Assembly: GCA_032718475.1 (NCBI GenBank)
Contig: JAUCBJ010009049.1
Location: 7,460 to 71,459, forward strand
Direction of reading: 5' to 3'
Length of the DNA stretch: 64,000 nt
Origin: Nemertoderma westbladi
Taxonomy: Eukaryota > Animalia > Xenacoelomorpha
A program made the position numbers and the translations under genes. The number at the start of each line of letters is the position of its first letter. The first letter of the stretch is position 1. Shown here in pieces: positions 1 to 15,136 of the stretch. Under the pieces are notes generated by a model, which saw only the letters and a program-made list of their open reading frames with translations, ran no database searches and was not told where the DNA came from.

Positions 1-3000
1 TGACAAAGTAAGCCCCGATAAATAATAGGACTCCAACTCAAAATCGGTGAAGACTTGATCTGTTTACCTTGGTTGATCGCTGTGAATTCTCGTGCGAAAT
101 ATCGCAATTGATAATGGCGAATGATATCAACTTCACAATGACCATACCCTCGGTATGGTATAGTCTTGTAGGAACGTCAGTTGGGCTTCCCAGTCCCTCC
201 ATTGCTCAGCTAACTTTTCTGGGATGGGGTCGTCCCATTCCAGTCCGGCTTGCCAATTGCTGCGGAGTATGATCCCAGCATGTAGGACTAATGAACTGGA
301 CTAATGAAACACAATGGGTCATACAATCGACTCATGGTCGATAAGCAAGTCCTCTTAGTGAGAGGTCTAGTCTGGTCGTTGGACCTTACACGTACCCTAA
401 AATTGTCGGTGTTAGGGTCCCAACTAAGTCCTAATACTTTGGTCGTCAGTAGAGGTTCTAGTTCTAAGTCCAAGTCACCTCCACTGCGATCCGTCGGGTC
501 AAATGAGTTCACCAGTTCGGGTTTGTTGGAAGCGAACTTCGTCAGGTGAAATCCGCCCTCGTCGAGACAATCCTGGAGTTGGTGTGCTACGGTTGTAGCG
601 CGCTCCAAGGTGTCACAACTCTTGAGGCCGTCATCCACGTAGAAGTCTCGTTCCACGGTCCAAACTACTTCTGGGTCAAATTGGTCTCGTCTGTCCAATG
701 CGGTCTACTTTAAGGCGTACATGGTGCAGTTGGGGCTGTCCCTGGCTCCGAAAACTCTTACCTGCATTTGGTAAGTTTCTGGCGGAAGTTCTAAATTTCT
801 GTCCGGATACCAAAGAAACCTCAAGCTGTCCCTGTCCCGCTCCAAAGCCTTAACCTGGTGAAACATGGCCTCTACGTCACAGGTGAAAGCCACTTTGCAT
901 TGTCTAAAACGCATTAGGACTCCCATGAGGTAATTATTCATATTCGGCCCGTCCATCAGTTCGCTGTTCATAGACATCCCTTGGTAAAGCGCGGCGCAGT
1001 CGTTGACTACACGCACCTTGCCAGGTTTGTCCGGGTGTCGAACAAAATGATGTGGCAGGTAATATGTCTGATCTGTGGTTACCTCGGGATTTAACATCCT
1101 AATGGCGTATCCCTTTTGGAGATACGTCTGAAGTTGTGCATTGTATTGCATATGGGCCGTCTCGTCTCGCAACAATCGCTGCCTTATTGATTTGAGTCGC
1201 CTCAAAGCAAGCGGGTAATTGTTAACGAGCTTAGGTTGTCCATTGCGCCACAATATGCCAACCTCGTAGTGGCCATTCGCGGTCTGGCGAATGGTATCTC
1301 TCATAATATTTAATGACCGTTTTTCATGTTCTGCCATAGCGGTCTCGTAACTACCGGGTTCTGCTGAGTCCTGTTCCAACCATTGAATGGTCCGTTCAGT
1401 CAGCAGTCAGTCAAGCACTGCTTGCACTGCGCTATGGTCCTCGTCCACGTCTTCGTCCGCTGCGGTGGCTAGTGTCAATGTGTCTGGTAGGCTCGCAAGC
1501 CTTCTGGTGTCACTAGTTGGCGTCGAATCGTTGTATGGCGGTTTGACAACCTCTTGATCTGTCGGTAGGCTCGCAAGCCTTCCAAGATCAATGACCGGTG
1601 TCGAAGCCTGGTGGGTGGGGTCAATGACCTTCGGATTTTTCGGTAGGCTCGCAAGCCTTCCAAAATCCTCGTTCATCGAGTCATCCACAGCAACAACCCT
1701 TTGGTCTTCAGTAGTCAATACAACCTGGTTTACTGCAAGTAGTTGTTAAGTCAGAGGTCCGTGTGGTCGTGTCCAGATCAGTTATGTCAGTATCGGTGGC
1801 GCCTGCGTTAGCAACGCAAGTCTGTCGTAGTGCCGTCTGTACAATTGGACCACAGGAGTGTGAAGGAGAATTATCTATCGTGTTAGTCAATAAACTACAC
1901 GTACTCAAAACGTCGTCCTCCTGGTCACTTACCTCTAGTGAACGTATTGGTGCTCTAGTATACCAACCTATGGGAGTTCTACATGCGTAGGGGTTGCCCG
2001 CTGTAATAACAGATGGGCGTGTCTCCCATACCTGATGTAAGTTAAACTGGTCTGTCACAATTAACATCGCGATGGAACGATAATTGACAGGACATTCCAG
2101 TATTCCAAGGTGTCGGAAATACTTACGATCTTCCGGTGATTGCTCTGGCACAGGGCCGAGCAAGTTACTAAAGTCCTTCATAGCTTCAAAGGTCAAATTT
2201 CTTACCGGAAGTAATGAGCGCTCCTCCTTGCTGTGTTCTGCTTTGGAAAGAAGAGTGTCTAAGGTTAGTTTTACTCTCGTCACAGGAATCGCTCTCTTAC
2301 CATGCATGCTGCTTACAGTATACTGAGCAGTCTTACCTTGACTCATGTCAGTAACCACGTCGGCTACTTGTTCGTCGACATAACTATGCGATGACGCAGA
2401 GTCTAAGATAGCGTATATACGCTTGCTCCCTCGGGTTCCAGTAATCTTTATAGGAATCACGCCAAACCCTTTCAATTGGTTCTGTGTGAGGAGTGTTATC
2501 AATGGCTGTTCCTCACCCGCATGCACGTAAAATGTGTCGTCTTCCTCCTTGTCCTCGTCCGATGATTCCGATTGATCCATACAATCCGTGTAGAAAGTAC
2601 GAATCTCGCGTGACGCACGCTCCTTATAAAGCGCGTCGCATCTAGCCGCTTTATCTGGATACTCTCGTCGAAAGCGTTTGGTCGGAGTATGACTCGTCGT
2701 GTGGAGTAACGCGTCGTGGTTGCGTCCACACTGAGGACATGTATCGTTGCTCGGGCAATCCTTCCGGACGTGTCCTGGCTTCATACATCTCCAGCAGGAA
2801 TCTAACAATCGAATCTGGAGTCTCCTCTCTTCGATTCCTAACTCCTTAAAAGCGCGACACCCACAAAGTTTATGTCCGCTATAATTTCTGCCGTTCCGCT
2901 TACAGTATGAGCATCCCACAAAGTCCGCCGGCAACTGTTGTCGTGGCTGTGTGGTGCCGATAGGCATCAGAACTTTAGAAGTCTCAGTAGGGGTGGCGTA

Positions 3001-3450
3001 GGTAACGGCTTTCGCGTTCGTCGGAAATGGTTTGGTCCGAGTCGGCGCAGAAATAGCTATCCCTTCTGCCGCGATATGGTGATCGGTATAGTTCGATCGA
3101 GTCTCAATCACGGCCTCCCGTGAAATCAGTTGGTAGACGTCGGTGAGTTTCAATAGCCCGCCGGCTTCTTCACGCTAGTACTCGATGCATCGCCATTCTC
3201 GTCGGACTCGATGGTGAAGTCGACCGATTATCCTAATAAGAACCGTTGGTGCGTTAGCTTATTCGAGTTGTCCAATGGACCGTAAAGTCCCTATAGCGTT
3301 CTGTATTTCGTCCGCGAGTCATAAAAGGTCGATCGGTTTCGAAATATTGCCTCCTCTGCAGAGGTCTTCTATAATGGATTTAGCCATGGCCACGTTACCG
3401 CCGTAAATCGAATACAAACGGTCATACACCAACTCAAAGGCATCTGGAAC
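1..3450 (-). mobile_element. BEL/Pao retrotransposon family B, copy 1 (partial gag-pol pseudogene, interrupted at 3450 by element A1)
   Basis: Near-identical to 29721-34708. Gag zinc knuckles (CWRCMKPGHVRKDC, CPQCGRNHDALLH), protease AILDSAS, RT FYVDDGL. A deletion of about 1.5 kb at ~145 joins the end of RT to the pre-integrase region. Contains stops and frameshifts. Confidence 0.93.
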
Positions 3451-4637
3451 TGTAAAAGCTTTTGCGGATATAATCAGTCCCTTTGCCCGCGAAGTACCGT
3501 GTAGGTGTTTTAGCGGACATAAAAGCCGTTCTTTCTGTATGTGTACTTTGGCGGACATAACAAGCCACTAATGCCGCAATATGCCAAAATCCTCTTAGCA
3601 TATTGTAGCCTTGATGACTCAGATTACGACATCTACCAGCTGGTTTGCTGACATGGAAACGGCCGTTGGCCCTATGGGTTCATTGTTCGGCTTAGCAGCC
3701 AATCGGGGCGATTTTCATTTTGTGTGTGGAGATAACTCTGCAAATCGTGCTGGGCAAGATCAGTGTTGGTTTTTTCCAACTTCCTGATGCCAGAACATCG
3801 GCTGTGGAATTATTCTAAGTTTCAGACTTTAGCCAAACATTAGTAGGCTTTGATTATAGAAACGTATAACTGTTATCCTGGCACCTGGCTCAACTCAAAC
3901 ATATCATACCATACCATACGAGTCAACAATTGGTACCAGTACCAGTACACACCGCATTATTTTACTGCTATTTACTGTCGGTTATTAATTGTATCAGTTG
4001 ATGGAATATTGTTATATTTGGAGAATATCGATAAATAACCATAAAACCCCAATCTTCTTGATATACTGAAGGTTAGAGACCGGTTACATATAACAATTGC
4101 GACTTACATTTTATTGGTTTGGAGTGAATCTAATGCTATTTCATAGGCACTACATGAGTCAATTGCTGTTCTCTTTATGTATGATCAAATTCAGTGACGG
4201 TCGGCAGATCAGTGTGCAGTATTGTGCGGTACCGGTAGTGTGCAGGAGTGTGACTGATAACAAAGCATCTCCTAAAGAATGCGCCTTATACGTGAATCAT
4301 AAGCCATACCGTTGTGTTTATTATAAATCATAACTCTGTTTATATATTTAGAGTGCCACGTCCTAAAGGAACTGTTAATATTTCCCGAAAGTGAATAATA
4401 TTAGTCAGAGATTATATATTAACGATCAATCGAATAATACAGTAGGCTTACACCGCAATAAGGTCAAAGCATCCAAATCCAGTCTTCCGAGTATATCCAG
4501 CGGGTGAATGGTCGCGCATAGGCTGGCTTCGGCTAATGTAGTGTATCAAATACTTGTCATAGGCTAAAGTCGATTTACAAACTAAAAGACACCTGAAATT
4601 AGCGGGTTAAACTGCTAAAGGTCTAAAAGCACGAACA
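3451..4637 (+). repeat. 5' LTR of A1 (~1187 bp, TG...CA)
   Basis: Starts TGTAAAAGCTTTTGCGG and ends AAAAGCACGAACA, matching the termini of the A2 LTRs. The first ~380 bp are more diverged from A2. Confidence 0.88.
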
Positions 4638-4929
4638 ATAACAGTTATTGCTTCTTTATTGCAACGTAAGCAATAAAGTCGAAAGTCCGGTCGAACGGTA
4701 ACCTGTACCGGTACTGCTGTAGGCCTGTAGGCCCAACTGCCCGAACCGGTACTTATAGTACAGGTATATCAGTATTATTCGATTTTGATAATTATATACC
4801 GGTAGTTCTTGATACTTAATCAGGTACTGCAGCCCTGGTTTTTTATTGGGATTTTACTTATTTCTGTCAGTTTTATTTATTTGTAAGTTAATATTGAGCA
4901 GAAGACGTGTAAGCCTGCTCAGATTGTTC

Positions 4930-5515
4930 AGATAATTTGTAGGCTGGACTGTTGTCTGACTGTTGTTAGGTCTGAAGAGATTGCGGTGTGTGTAGAGTGT
5001 ATGTCCGATAAAGTACCAGTTAGGAATGTAGGGGCATCTTGAGTTGTAAGGTAAATCCCCCCCGAAAGAAAAAGTCGTACTACTAGGTTAGAACTCATAC
5101 TAACTAACCTTTTCGGAATCTGCATATACTGTAGTTTATTTAGGCTTGATAGTAGTCTGCCAACGTTTAGTCTGTATTTTGTTTGTGTAGTCTGTGCAGG
5201 TACCGTAATATTTATTATTCAGACAATTTGTAGGCTGGATTGTTGTCTGGCTGTTGTTAGGTCTGAAGAGATTGCGGCGTGTGTAGAGTGTCTGTCCGAT
5301 AAAGTACCAGTTAGGAACGTAGGGGCATCTTGAGCTGTAAGGTAAATCCCCCCCCGAAAGAATAAGTCGTACTACTAGGTTAGAACGCATACTAACTAAC
5401 CATTTCGGAATCTGCACATACTGTAGTTTATTTAGGCTTGATAGTAGTCTGCCAGCGTTTGGTTTGTATTTTGTTTGAGTATTCTGTACGGGTAGCGTAA
5501 TATTTATCATTCAGA
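4930..5515 (+). repeat. ~290-bp tandem duplication in the A-family 5' UTR (also at ~39495-40070 in A2)
   Basis: Two copies of TTTGTAGGCTGGA...GGTCTGAAGAGATTGCGG...AAGTCGTACTACTAGGTTAG...TAATATTTAT. Boundaries approximate. Confidence 0.8.
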
Positions 5516-6847
5516 GTTTATGCGATTATTCGTAACATTCATATCCCCAAGTTTATTCCTACAGTAATTGTGCTTGTTATACATACCGTTATAGTTAAAT
5601 TAACCCCGGTACTACATCAGGGCTGCTCGGCGTAGGTAAAGACTGGTGATTTTGTGCTCTGGTCACTCCGGCAGATACCGTGGTTCTTTTAGCTGTACAA
5701 GTATTTTTAACTGCTGGTTATTTGTTATACAAGTACTTGTACCTAATTTAGGGTTTAGTGTACAGTGCTTTCCGAAGGTAATTAGTGTGTAGGCAGTATA
5801 TTTGTGTTATAAAGTGGTTAATAGGCACGTTGGCTCTGGTAGGCCATGGTAATTAACTTCTAGGTGGGAACACTCCGTGAAACATAACGTAGTACTTATA
5901 GCGATACGGCTATAAGTTGTCAGACGGTGGTATTTTCCTATCTGGACAACGCAATATATTTACTACTGCATATTATTTTCAAATACCGTAGTATCCTGTC
6001 CGTTGTAATAACCAGATGTTCTAACCCTTTGTTAGGCTGGTTTGTAGATTCCCTGTAAAATTAACCCTAAAAATTCGTAAGTGTAATTTTTTGTGTTTAT
6101 TTAGAGATTGTTATCTCACCCGTATTGTACGTAATCTGTAGTAATAAGTAACTTAGGCATGTATAATTATTTGTTTTAGTGTCCAACAAGTAGCACCGCA
6201 CTGAGAGCATATAGCTTATGTGCAGTAACTCCTTCTCAGAAATAATAACATTTATTTCAAATATTGTAACAAAACCCATTAAACGGGTATATATATATTA
6301 TAAATCAACTCAAATAGATTTATAAAATAGTAGGCCTGTCATACAACAATTAGGTCTTAATATCAGTTGGACTACTGCTTAAATAACGGTAATAAAGTAA
6401 AGTAAAGTAACTAAGTAACCCTTAAAATTCAGAAATTCAATTATTCTAAAATAATTGACATACTGGTATTTACAATAGGCTTATTATATTTATTCTATAA
6501 ATCTAAACTGAAATTATATACCGGTATTCTGTAATTAATTCTAGTCTATAATTATACTTATATATACTATAAGTGTAAGCTGTATACCGGTATTCACGAT
6601 AGGCTTATTATATATTTATATATATTTGTGCTGAAATTATATACCGGTATTCTGTGACAAACCTAGTCTGTAATAATACTTATATATACTATAAGTGTAT
6701 ACCGGTATTCTAAAATATTGTGTATATATATCACGTTACACTGAGTCACAGTATCGATAATTAATTACTAGGCTAACAGTCATACTGAATTACTAGACTT
6801 GCTTTAACTGTAATTATAGCAGTAGGCATTCAACTGTACAAACAAAC

Positions 6848-9800
6848 ATGTCTGACACAAAGCAGAACCTGTCAGACAGTCTCATAGATATAACCATCTG
6901 TGACCCAGACAGGAGTGTAGAACGTGTGAGACCAAAGTTCAACTCACCTCCTACTGTAAGAAAGGTCATCCCTCCAGTAGTAGTATCAGACCCTAGGCTA
7001 ATCCAATACCGTAGGTCTATCATAGGCACCCGGGCTCAAGTCAAGCAAGATCAAGAAGCAGAAGCAGCTGTCAAACAGCAGCAACACCCTAGCCAGGAAC
7101 TTATTTCTCAGCGGCCTGACAGCTCCAGTAGTTCGGATACTGTAGAGCTGACATCCGAGCGCGGAGCAAAGATGGCAGATGCGGTTTATTCGGATTCTCT
7201 TCTCATCCTTCCTGCAGCCGTACTCACTAGGGTATTGATTGCGGTGGATGAACACCAAATTTATTGGGCAAGAGGTAGGCGATCCACCAAGGATAGTTAT
7301 ACGGGATACACAAGGGAGGAACTGAAGTCTATTGTCGAGTCGCAATGGAACTTCCCCGAACCCGGACTCCCATTTGACTTATCAGAAGCTGCCTGGGCAG
7401 AGCTGGCTGAGCGCACAGCCCATAGAGAATCAACAGACACTACCCTCTCTCAAGTGGAAAGCGAAGTGACAGCAGAGAAACCGCAGACGAGGGACGCTAT
7501 AGACATCTATCTGTCAGACTATCAAAGATTTCTAGGTGATGAAGAGTTGAGGAGACGGCTGGCTGGACTTCGCCCTAATAGTGAAGGAGCCAAGCTTGTG
7601 TTGGACGAAATAGATGTGTAAATGTTAGCTGCAAACCAAGCTAAATTTGATGAATGCCTCCGCATCGCTAGAGTCCAAGAAGAACAAGTGAAGAAAAAAC
7701 GTATAGAAGACAGAAAGACAGCAGCAGCGGCAGAGGCAGAAGCGGAAAGAAAGGCGGCGATAGCAGCGGAGGACATAGATCTCGTCTAAGTAGGCGTAGA
7801 AGAACGTCTCACTGTCAGAAATTGCCTAATTTGCCCCCAGCTGTTAGAAGGCAAATAGCTAGCACAGACTTAGGAAGTACAGAACCCACAGACCAAATTA
7901 TTAGGGCAGTAAGACTCCCTACTATAGTAGATGAGCCTGAAATAATTAGGCCTGTTCTTGAAGCCACCCCTTCGGTGATAGAGACACATGTACTCCCCGA
8001 ACCTACCTCTAAATTCCCTTTGCATAGCACTAAATTGCCTGTGCCCAGCGGAACAGCCAATGAGACAGTTCCTGTCCTGGACTCCGAGCGAAATATCCAT
8101 GATTTTTCGCCTGTTGTTTCCCGTCCACCCGCTACTATGTTGGCGACACCCGCTTCAGCGGTCGAGTGGGTGGATGAGAGACGGCGGGGGATGGATCTCC
8201 TGCTCGGGCAGATGCAGGAGACTGTTCAGCAGTTCAAGGGCACAGTAAGGGAAAGTAGGTTAGAGTTGCAAGAAGTGCAGCAAAGTATTGCGTTAGAACG
8301 CGATAAATTAGTAAATATACAAAAGGGTATACCACCACCCCCTGTAACCATGTGTCAACCTGTTAGGTCTGAAGTATTTCATGCGCAAGGTGTGGAGCCT
8401 ACACGCATCTATACTGCTAGTGAATTAGAAACTCCTATAGTAAACCCTATTAAGGGTAATTATAAACCTGTTGATAATAATATTCCATATAGACCTGATG
8501 ATAATCCGAGAAATTTATATACCGATAACTCGATATTAAATAACACGATGGCCCAAGAAAGCTTTACGCGTCAAATGGCTAGAACCGAAGCCCGTCAAGC
8601 GGTCAAAGTTGGAGAGATCGTCAAGTTCAATGGAGATGAGATGAAAAGGTTACCTTTTAATGAATATTACAAAGATAACATACAGAACTCTGTACTATCT
8701 AACGGAGAGAAACTTAGATTCCTCAGCGAGTGTTTGGAAGGACCTCCCAAGTTAATGGCGTTAAAGTTTATTGGACATCCAGATGGATTAAAACAAGTTT
8801 GGGATACATTAAACATCAGGTATGGTAATAGGAATAACATAGCTAGGTATTTGTATGCAAAATTGGTAGCCCCCCGAAAGTTCATTAGTAGCGGGATTAT
8901 AGAGTTTTCCGATGAGATTCAGGAGGTCTGTAGACAATTAGATTGGCTAGGTAAGTCTCATGAATATCAGAGTTCCATGGTTATTGGAGCCGTGGCCTCT
9001 ACTTTACCAAAGGGTGGAGTAGGTACACGCTGGGACAAGAAAGTGTTATATATGATGGAGCAAAAACGACGAGACCCTACCATGGCTGATCTCATGTCAT
9101 TCTTAGATGGAGAAGTAAAATTACAACTCCTAAAGCAGTCCAGAGAGAAAACACCAGAAAATAAGGTAAGTGAGAAACCCGTTTCTAGGAGAAAGGTAAC
9201 ACCAGTGTGTTATATCGACAACGGCAAAAGCCAAGCTTCTCAAGAAGAGGACAGGAAAGACACTGAAAGATCTTACACCGACAGTGAGTCCCCTTAACTA
9301 CTCTTGACAGACAACCATCTTGGAAAGCACCAACTTCCAACGTATAAATCCGATAATTTCCCATAGTGCAGTTGAGAGTCCACGGTCCTGACAAAAGTTA
9401 TATAGTGAACGCCCTCCTTGACTCTGGCAGCACAGGAACATTCATCGACAAAGAACTAGCCAAAGACATCTTTGCTGGACAACCCAAGTTCCGAACTAAG
9501 TTAAACATGTCAGGAATTATGCAGGTTTGGAAATCTACAATAATTGCAGATTATTATGTAGGTGCATTGTCCACCCCCCAGGATGAATTAGGAGAACACA
9601 GTATAAGGTCAGTAAAAATGGTGGCGATAAAGAACTTGGCTACCAGCCAAGTGGAACCTTATAACTGGGACGAGGACGAGTGCACCCAGCAGCTTAAGAT
9701 ACCTAGATTCAACACAGACTACCCTGGAGTGCAAATACTCATCAGCCAAAACGCGCATGAGGCACTAGAGACATTGGAGAAACGGCCTGCTCAACCGCAA

Positions 9801-12800
9801 CCACTACAAACCTATGTGGGAAGAACTAGAGTAGGTTGGTACTTTGCTGGCCCTTCAAAAGTTAATGCTTACTTTAACCAGCGTTTCAGACATGTCTGAA
9901 GTTATAAACTGCAAAAACTAATTTCTGCAATGCAAAGAAATTAAAGCTTTTAATTAAATGAAAATAGCAAATATTTGTTTACCTCTTAAATTAGAAAGCT
10001 TAATTTATTAAAATTGATAAAAAAATGTCAAATATTGAAATATAATTAAGAAACGTCTCCATTGATCACAAAATAGTGTTTAAATAGAACCGTCACCGAA
10101 TATTCTAAAAACGCGAAAATCGGAGTGGAGAGGAAGCGAGCAGAGTGGAGTAGGGGGGGCGGGCCGTACCTGAAATCGCAAAGGGCCTGAGCGCGTGGGC
10201 GCGAGGATTGAATCAAGGTAAGAACCCGGGTTTTAAATGTGCAGGAAAAGCCAAAGAACGGGTCTACCAAGTAAAGGAATGGGAAGAGGAGAGCAGTGAG
10301 GTGGACGACCCAACTGAGGGAACACCATACTCCTCAGATAATGACGATATCCACCAACTCTTCGACGAAGAGAATGCAATCGACCTCCTTACGGAAAACG
10401 AAACTTGGCAAAACCAAGTGAACCTATGTCAACTCATTCGTCCATCAGGACAAATCAACTATAACGACGAACTGAATGACGTGATAGATCGCTACAATGC
10501 GAGGACTCGAGATGAACACGCCGTACGATTCTTTACTCAAGAGGCTGTAGAGCCCAACTCCTACGATAAGGCCCTATCGGTAGAAGAAGAAAGAGCCAAG
10601 CAGATCCAGGAGACAACTACACGTTTTCTTAAAGATCAAGGTAGATATGAAATCGGTCTACCATTTCGAAAGCGAGAACCTAAATTTATAAACAATCGAC
10701 CCTTGGCAGAGAAAAGAATTGCGCAACTACATCGACGCCTTACGGCAAATGCTTCAGCTAAAGAAATGTACAAAACTCAGTTGAAGAAATTTATTAACAA
10801 AGGATATGCGGAGCGAGTACCGGAAGAAACACCCATAACTGAGAGAACGTACTATCTAACACATCATTACGTTCCCAAACCCGGTAAACCCCATGAAGTC
10901 CGTGTCGATTTGACGGCTCCGCCCTATACATGGGCCAATCCCTCAATTCCGAGTTGTTACCAGGACCCAACTTACTCCAATCCTTGTTGGGAATACTCTT
11001 AAGATTACGACAATATTCCATCGCTTTCGCCTCCGATATAGAAGGAATGTTCTTACAAGTCAAGGCGCTGGATAGGGATTGAGACAGCCTAAGATTTCTG
11101 TGGTGGCCTGAAGGAGACCTCAACCAGAAACCGGTGGAGTACTGGATGACCATCCAGGCTTTTGGGATCATCCCAAGCCCTTCAAACGCCTGCTCAGTAG
11201 TGCGGACCACTGCTGATGACAACCGGGACGCCTTCTCTAAAGAGGTGATTGACAACATCAAACGGGATATATACATGGACGACAATTTAAAGTCCCTCCC
11301 ATCAGTAGAAGAAGCCATTGATGTCGCCAAAGGAACGGTAGAGTGCTTGAAAAGAGGTGGATTTCGATTGACTAAATTCACCAGCAACTCCCGTGAGTTT
11401 CTGGAATCGATTCCGGTAGAAGACCGAGGAGCAAAGGATCTAGACCTGATCAAGGACGATCTTCCAGAAACCAAGACGCTTGGTTTGAAATGGTACACAG
11501 AGAGAGATATCCTGTTTTTTCAGCTAAAACAGCAAGATAATCAAGTTCGGACTAAACGGATTTGTTTAAGTATCCTGAGCACTTATTTCGATCCATTAGG
11601 ATTTATTAGCCCAGTTATATTGATTGCTCGGAGTTTAGTACAACAAATGTGGCTTGAAAACCACTCATGGGACGATCCACTTAAGGGAGAACTATTAAAG
11701 AAGTGGATGAAATGGGAAGATTCTCTACCATCAATCGAGAACTTTATAATTTCACGTTCATATTTTGGACATGTTCTCCCTACGTATTCCTATCAACTCC
11801 ATGTGTTTGGAGATGCCAGCGATATGGGAATAGGTATAGTAGCATACCTCAGAGTTGAAACTCCGGATGGAATCAAAGACGCCTTGGTTACCTCTAAGGC
11901 CTTGATTAACAACAAGTTGAAGGTTCCTCGAGCGGAGTTAAAAGCGGCTCTATACGCTACAGCCATCAGCCGGAATGTAACAGGACAGATCGATTATCCA
12001 CTGGAGAAAACTGTTTATTTGACCGATGCTTTACTCGCGTTGGAGTATATAACCAATGAAGTCTCTCAGTTCAGCGTCTTTGTTACCAACAGAGTAGCCA
12101 TTATTCTTAGTCGCACGAAGATAGATCAATGGAGATATTGCCCTGGTACGATTAATCCAGCCAACATCGCCTCCAGGGGAGCAACTCCACAGGAACTGAT
12201 AGATACTCCAGACTGGTTCGGTGGACCCGACTTCCTGAGCAAGGAAGAGGATGAATGGCCTCCTCACCTTACTACGGCGGAGATTAGACAAGCCAAGGGA
12301 GCGGAGAAAGTCAAACCTAAAACCCGGGCGAGTAAATCAAAGTTATTTAAACCTGTGATAGATCTGTCGGTACTACACACTTCCGAAGACGACGCTTTGG
12401 ATCCACAATTCCCCGCCACAAATAATAAGTCTGTTGTGGAAATCAGAGAGAGAGATTGGAAATCTGGAACGCCAGACGTCTCGCAAGGACTCTCACCCCG
12501 GCTGCAGAGAGCGATACATCACTAGAATTCCTGGAATCGGCTCTGTAAGGCTGTTACATATTTAAAGCGATGTTTTCATCATCGCTCGCTTTGGAACTAG
12601 TAACACGATGAAATCTGATAAGGGAACAAACTTCATTGGTGCCAACAATGAAATCAAGGCTTACGTCAAAGATTGGAACCAAAGACAGGTGGACGATCAG
12701 CTAAGGGTAACAGCGTCTAGCTGGACCTTCAACGCCGCCAATGCCCCTTGGTGGGGAGGAAGTTGGGAGAGATTAATCAGGAGCGTGAAGACCGCATTTC

Positions 12801-13429
12801 ACTTTATAGTGCCGTGCCGCGCGTATCTCACCGACGAACTTTTGCGGACGTTAATGGAGGAAATCGCAGCCTATCTCAATGAGAGACCGCTTATGCCAGT
12901 CTCATCGAGTCCCGATTCCCTGGAAGTGCTAACACCCACGCACTTCCTACTGAAAAAACCTGTAGCCATGCTCCCACGATCGGAAATCACAGACAGAGAC
13001 GAATACTGCCAGCAAACTTGGCAACTTATGCAGTTGTTATCCCGTCGTTTTGCTGACCAATTCGAAAAACATTCTCTGCCCACGCTACAACTTCGAACTA
13101 AGTGGTTTGCGCAGCAAAAAAACGTCAGCGCCGGAGACATGGTCCTTATTATGGATTTAGATCTTCCACGTAAGCGGTGGCAGACAGGTCGTATTATCGA
13201 GACTCATATCTCGGATGATGGTTTAGTGCGATCGGTAGAACTCGTCGTCATGCAACGTAACTTTAAGAAACCGGGAATTGTCTTCGAGACGCAACAGCTC
13301 AACCGCCCAATTGGTCGTTTATGTTTACTGGAAAAAAACAGAGAACTCTCCGGAAACTATGGAAGGCAAGATACTCTTCCCACGATCACTTCCCTAATCC
13401 AACCAACATCTAGGGGCTCCCCAACGTAA
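6848..13429 (+). pseudogene. A1 gag-pol polyprotein, disrupted
   Basis: ORF pieces 6848-7621, 7822-9297 (DUF1759-like gag), 9366-9899 (protease ALLDSGS), 10208-11002, 11134-12525 (RT YMDDNL, RNase H LHVFGDAS) and 12608-13429 (integrase SDKGTNF, GGSWERLIRSVK). Deletions relative to A2 near 7395, 7775, 9275 and 12585. Confidence 0.92.
9857..10250. other. Foreign ~390-bp insert in A1 pol (absent from A2)
   Basis: Alignment to A2 breaks after GGCCCTTC and resumes at CCAAAGAACGGGTCTACCAA. About 25 bp of A sequence is missing and no TSD is visible. Confidence 0.75.
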
Positions 13430-15136
13430 TAACGTCAAGAGTGGGTGTGTGACTATATTATTTCATCTATTTTATTATTTTATATTTATATACCGGTATG
13501 TATTATTATGTAAATTTATTATAATCGTTTTTCTTTAATTTTATTTAGTAGAATGTTATTTTAGCGATTGTTTAGTAGATTTGTGCAATATATATTAGTG
13601 TTTATTACTTAATTACTTATATATTATATATTTAGTGCGACGGCAAGAAATAATTATTTTTCTCTTTCCTTACTGTCCGTATTATATTATAAATGCAAGA
13701 CTACAGTAAGATGAAATGTCCGTACTTATTAAAGAGACAGAGAGTGAGAGTAAATAACTCAGGTAATACGCTAATTGGTGCTATTATAACTAATTTTTTA
13801 GTGAACTCTGTTCTGAGTGATCGGTGGCACAAGGTGCTTGATCCAAGTTAAACGTAATTATTGTATTCGGAATACATTGTTAATTTTCCTTTATTTTCGT
13901 ATTTGGTGTAATTCTACTTTAATGTGCTGTGCTGTATTTCTCAAATTTAGTTTAGTTAGTTATACCTTGTATGTACAATGGATCATTTGTGTCCGAGATT
14001 ATAAATTAAATAAATTAAAGTACAATAAAGCTCCTACTATATTTAAGTATTATTGGTAGGCAGAGTATTAGGAATGCAAAGTTCAGATCCTCGTGTCTCG
14101 GCTAAACCAAGCTCTGGGTAGACCTTGGAAACGACTTCCCTCTTCACACTGACATTGCTTCGTGCGATATTGCTCTCATACCGTATATTAAATAATACAT
14201 ATAGTAGCGTGATGTCCCTTTAATAGTAGCGTAAAACGCAAAATAAACCTGTTAAACCTTTTGACCATCTGTAATTCTAGTCGATTAAGATATCGCGGTA
14301 CCCACCGCTATACTTGAAAGACAATAATTTAGAGTCAGTGGTTAACGTCCCCAGACAAGTTCTGGAATAAAATTGTGTCTATTCCAACATCAAATAATAA
14401 AATTTACGGGAATAAATTTAAATTCATCTCTTTTAATGAATTTGATAAATTGTCATTTTATACAATTTATAACATCCCCAAAATTCCATTAATTAATAGA
14501 TCATGGGAGCAGAGATTCACCCTATTAAGTGTATTAGAGTGTGAGAATCTCCAATATTGACTATATTATAGTCAATAGCCGATAAAATTCATAAAATCAT
14601 GTATAAAGAGGATATTGACAATTAAAGAATTACTATTAAATAGCAGCCCAGATCTGTATGCATGAGAATTACCCTAATTCTACTGCTAGATTTCCATAAT
14701 GTCACCATAGCAACAACCACGCTAGAATTAGAAGTGAGTTAAAAGAACAATAGAAAGTTTGCCCCATTGAATAGCACAGGGAATAAATAGCACACTGTTA
14801 GTATCCAAGGATACATAATAATAACGTGGCATTCTGGAAGGCACTGACTAACGGACAAATGGCCCGTTTGTGTACAATTGGTGACAGTTGTGTGGAATTT
14901 GTGCGTTTATAGGCGAATGTTACTACTCAAGTGTGTTTACAGTAGCGAGTCGCAATTGCGAAAGTAACCCTAACTCTACCGTAAGAACCTGAAGTGAATC
15001 TAAGCCTTTGGGATGGACAGTGGAGTGACTTGTGCCGGTTATCGTTGTCGTTGTGTAGCTACACGTTGGCGAAAACACAGCGACGACGGTACATCGGCGC
15101 TGAGGATCTTGCACTGTCCGGGGGCAGAGAGGGGTA

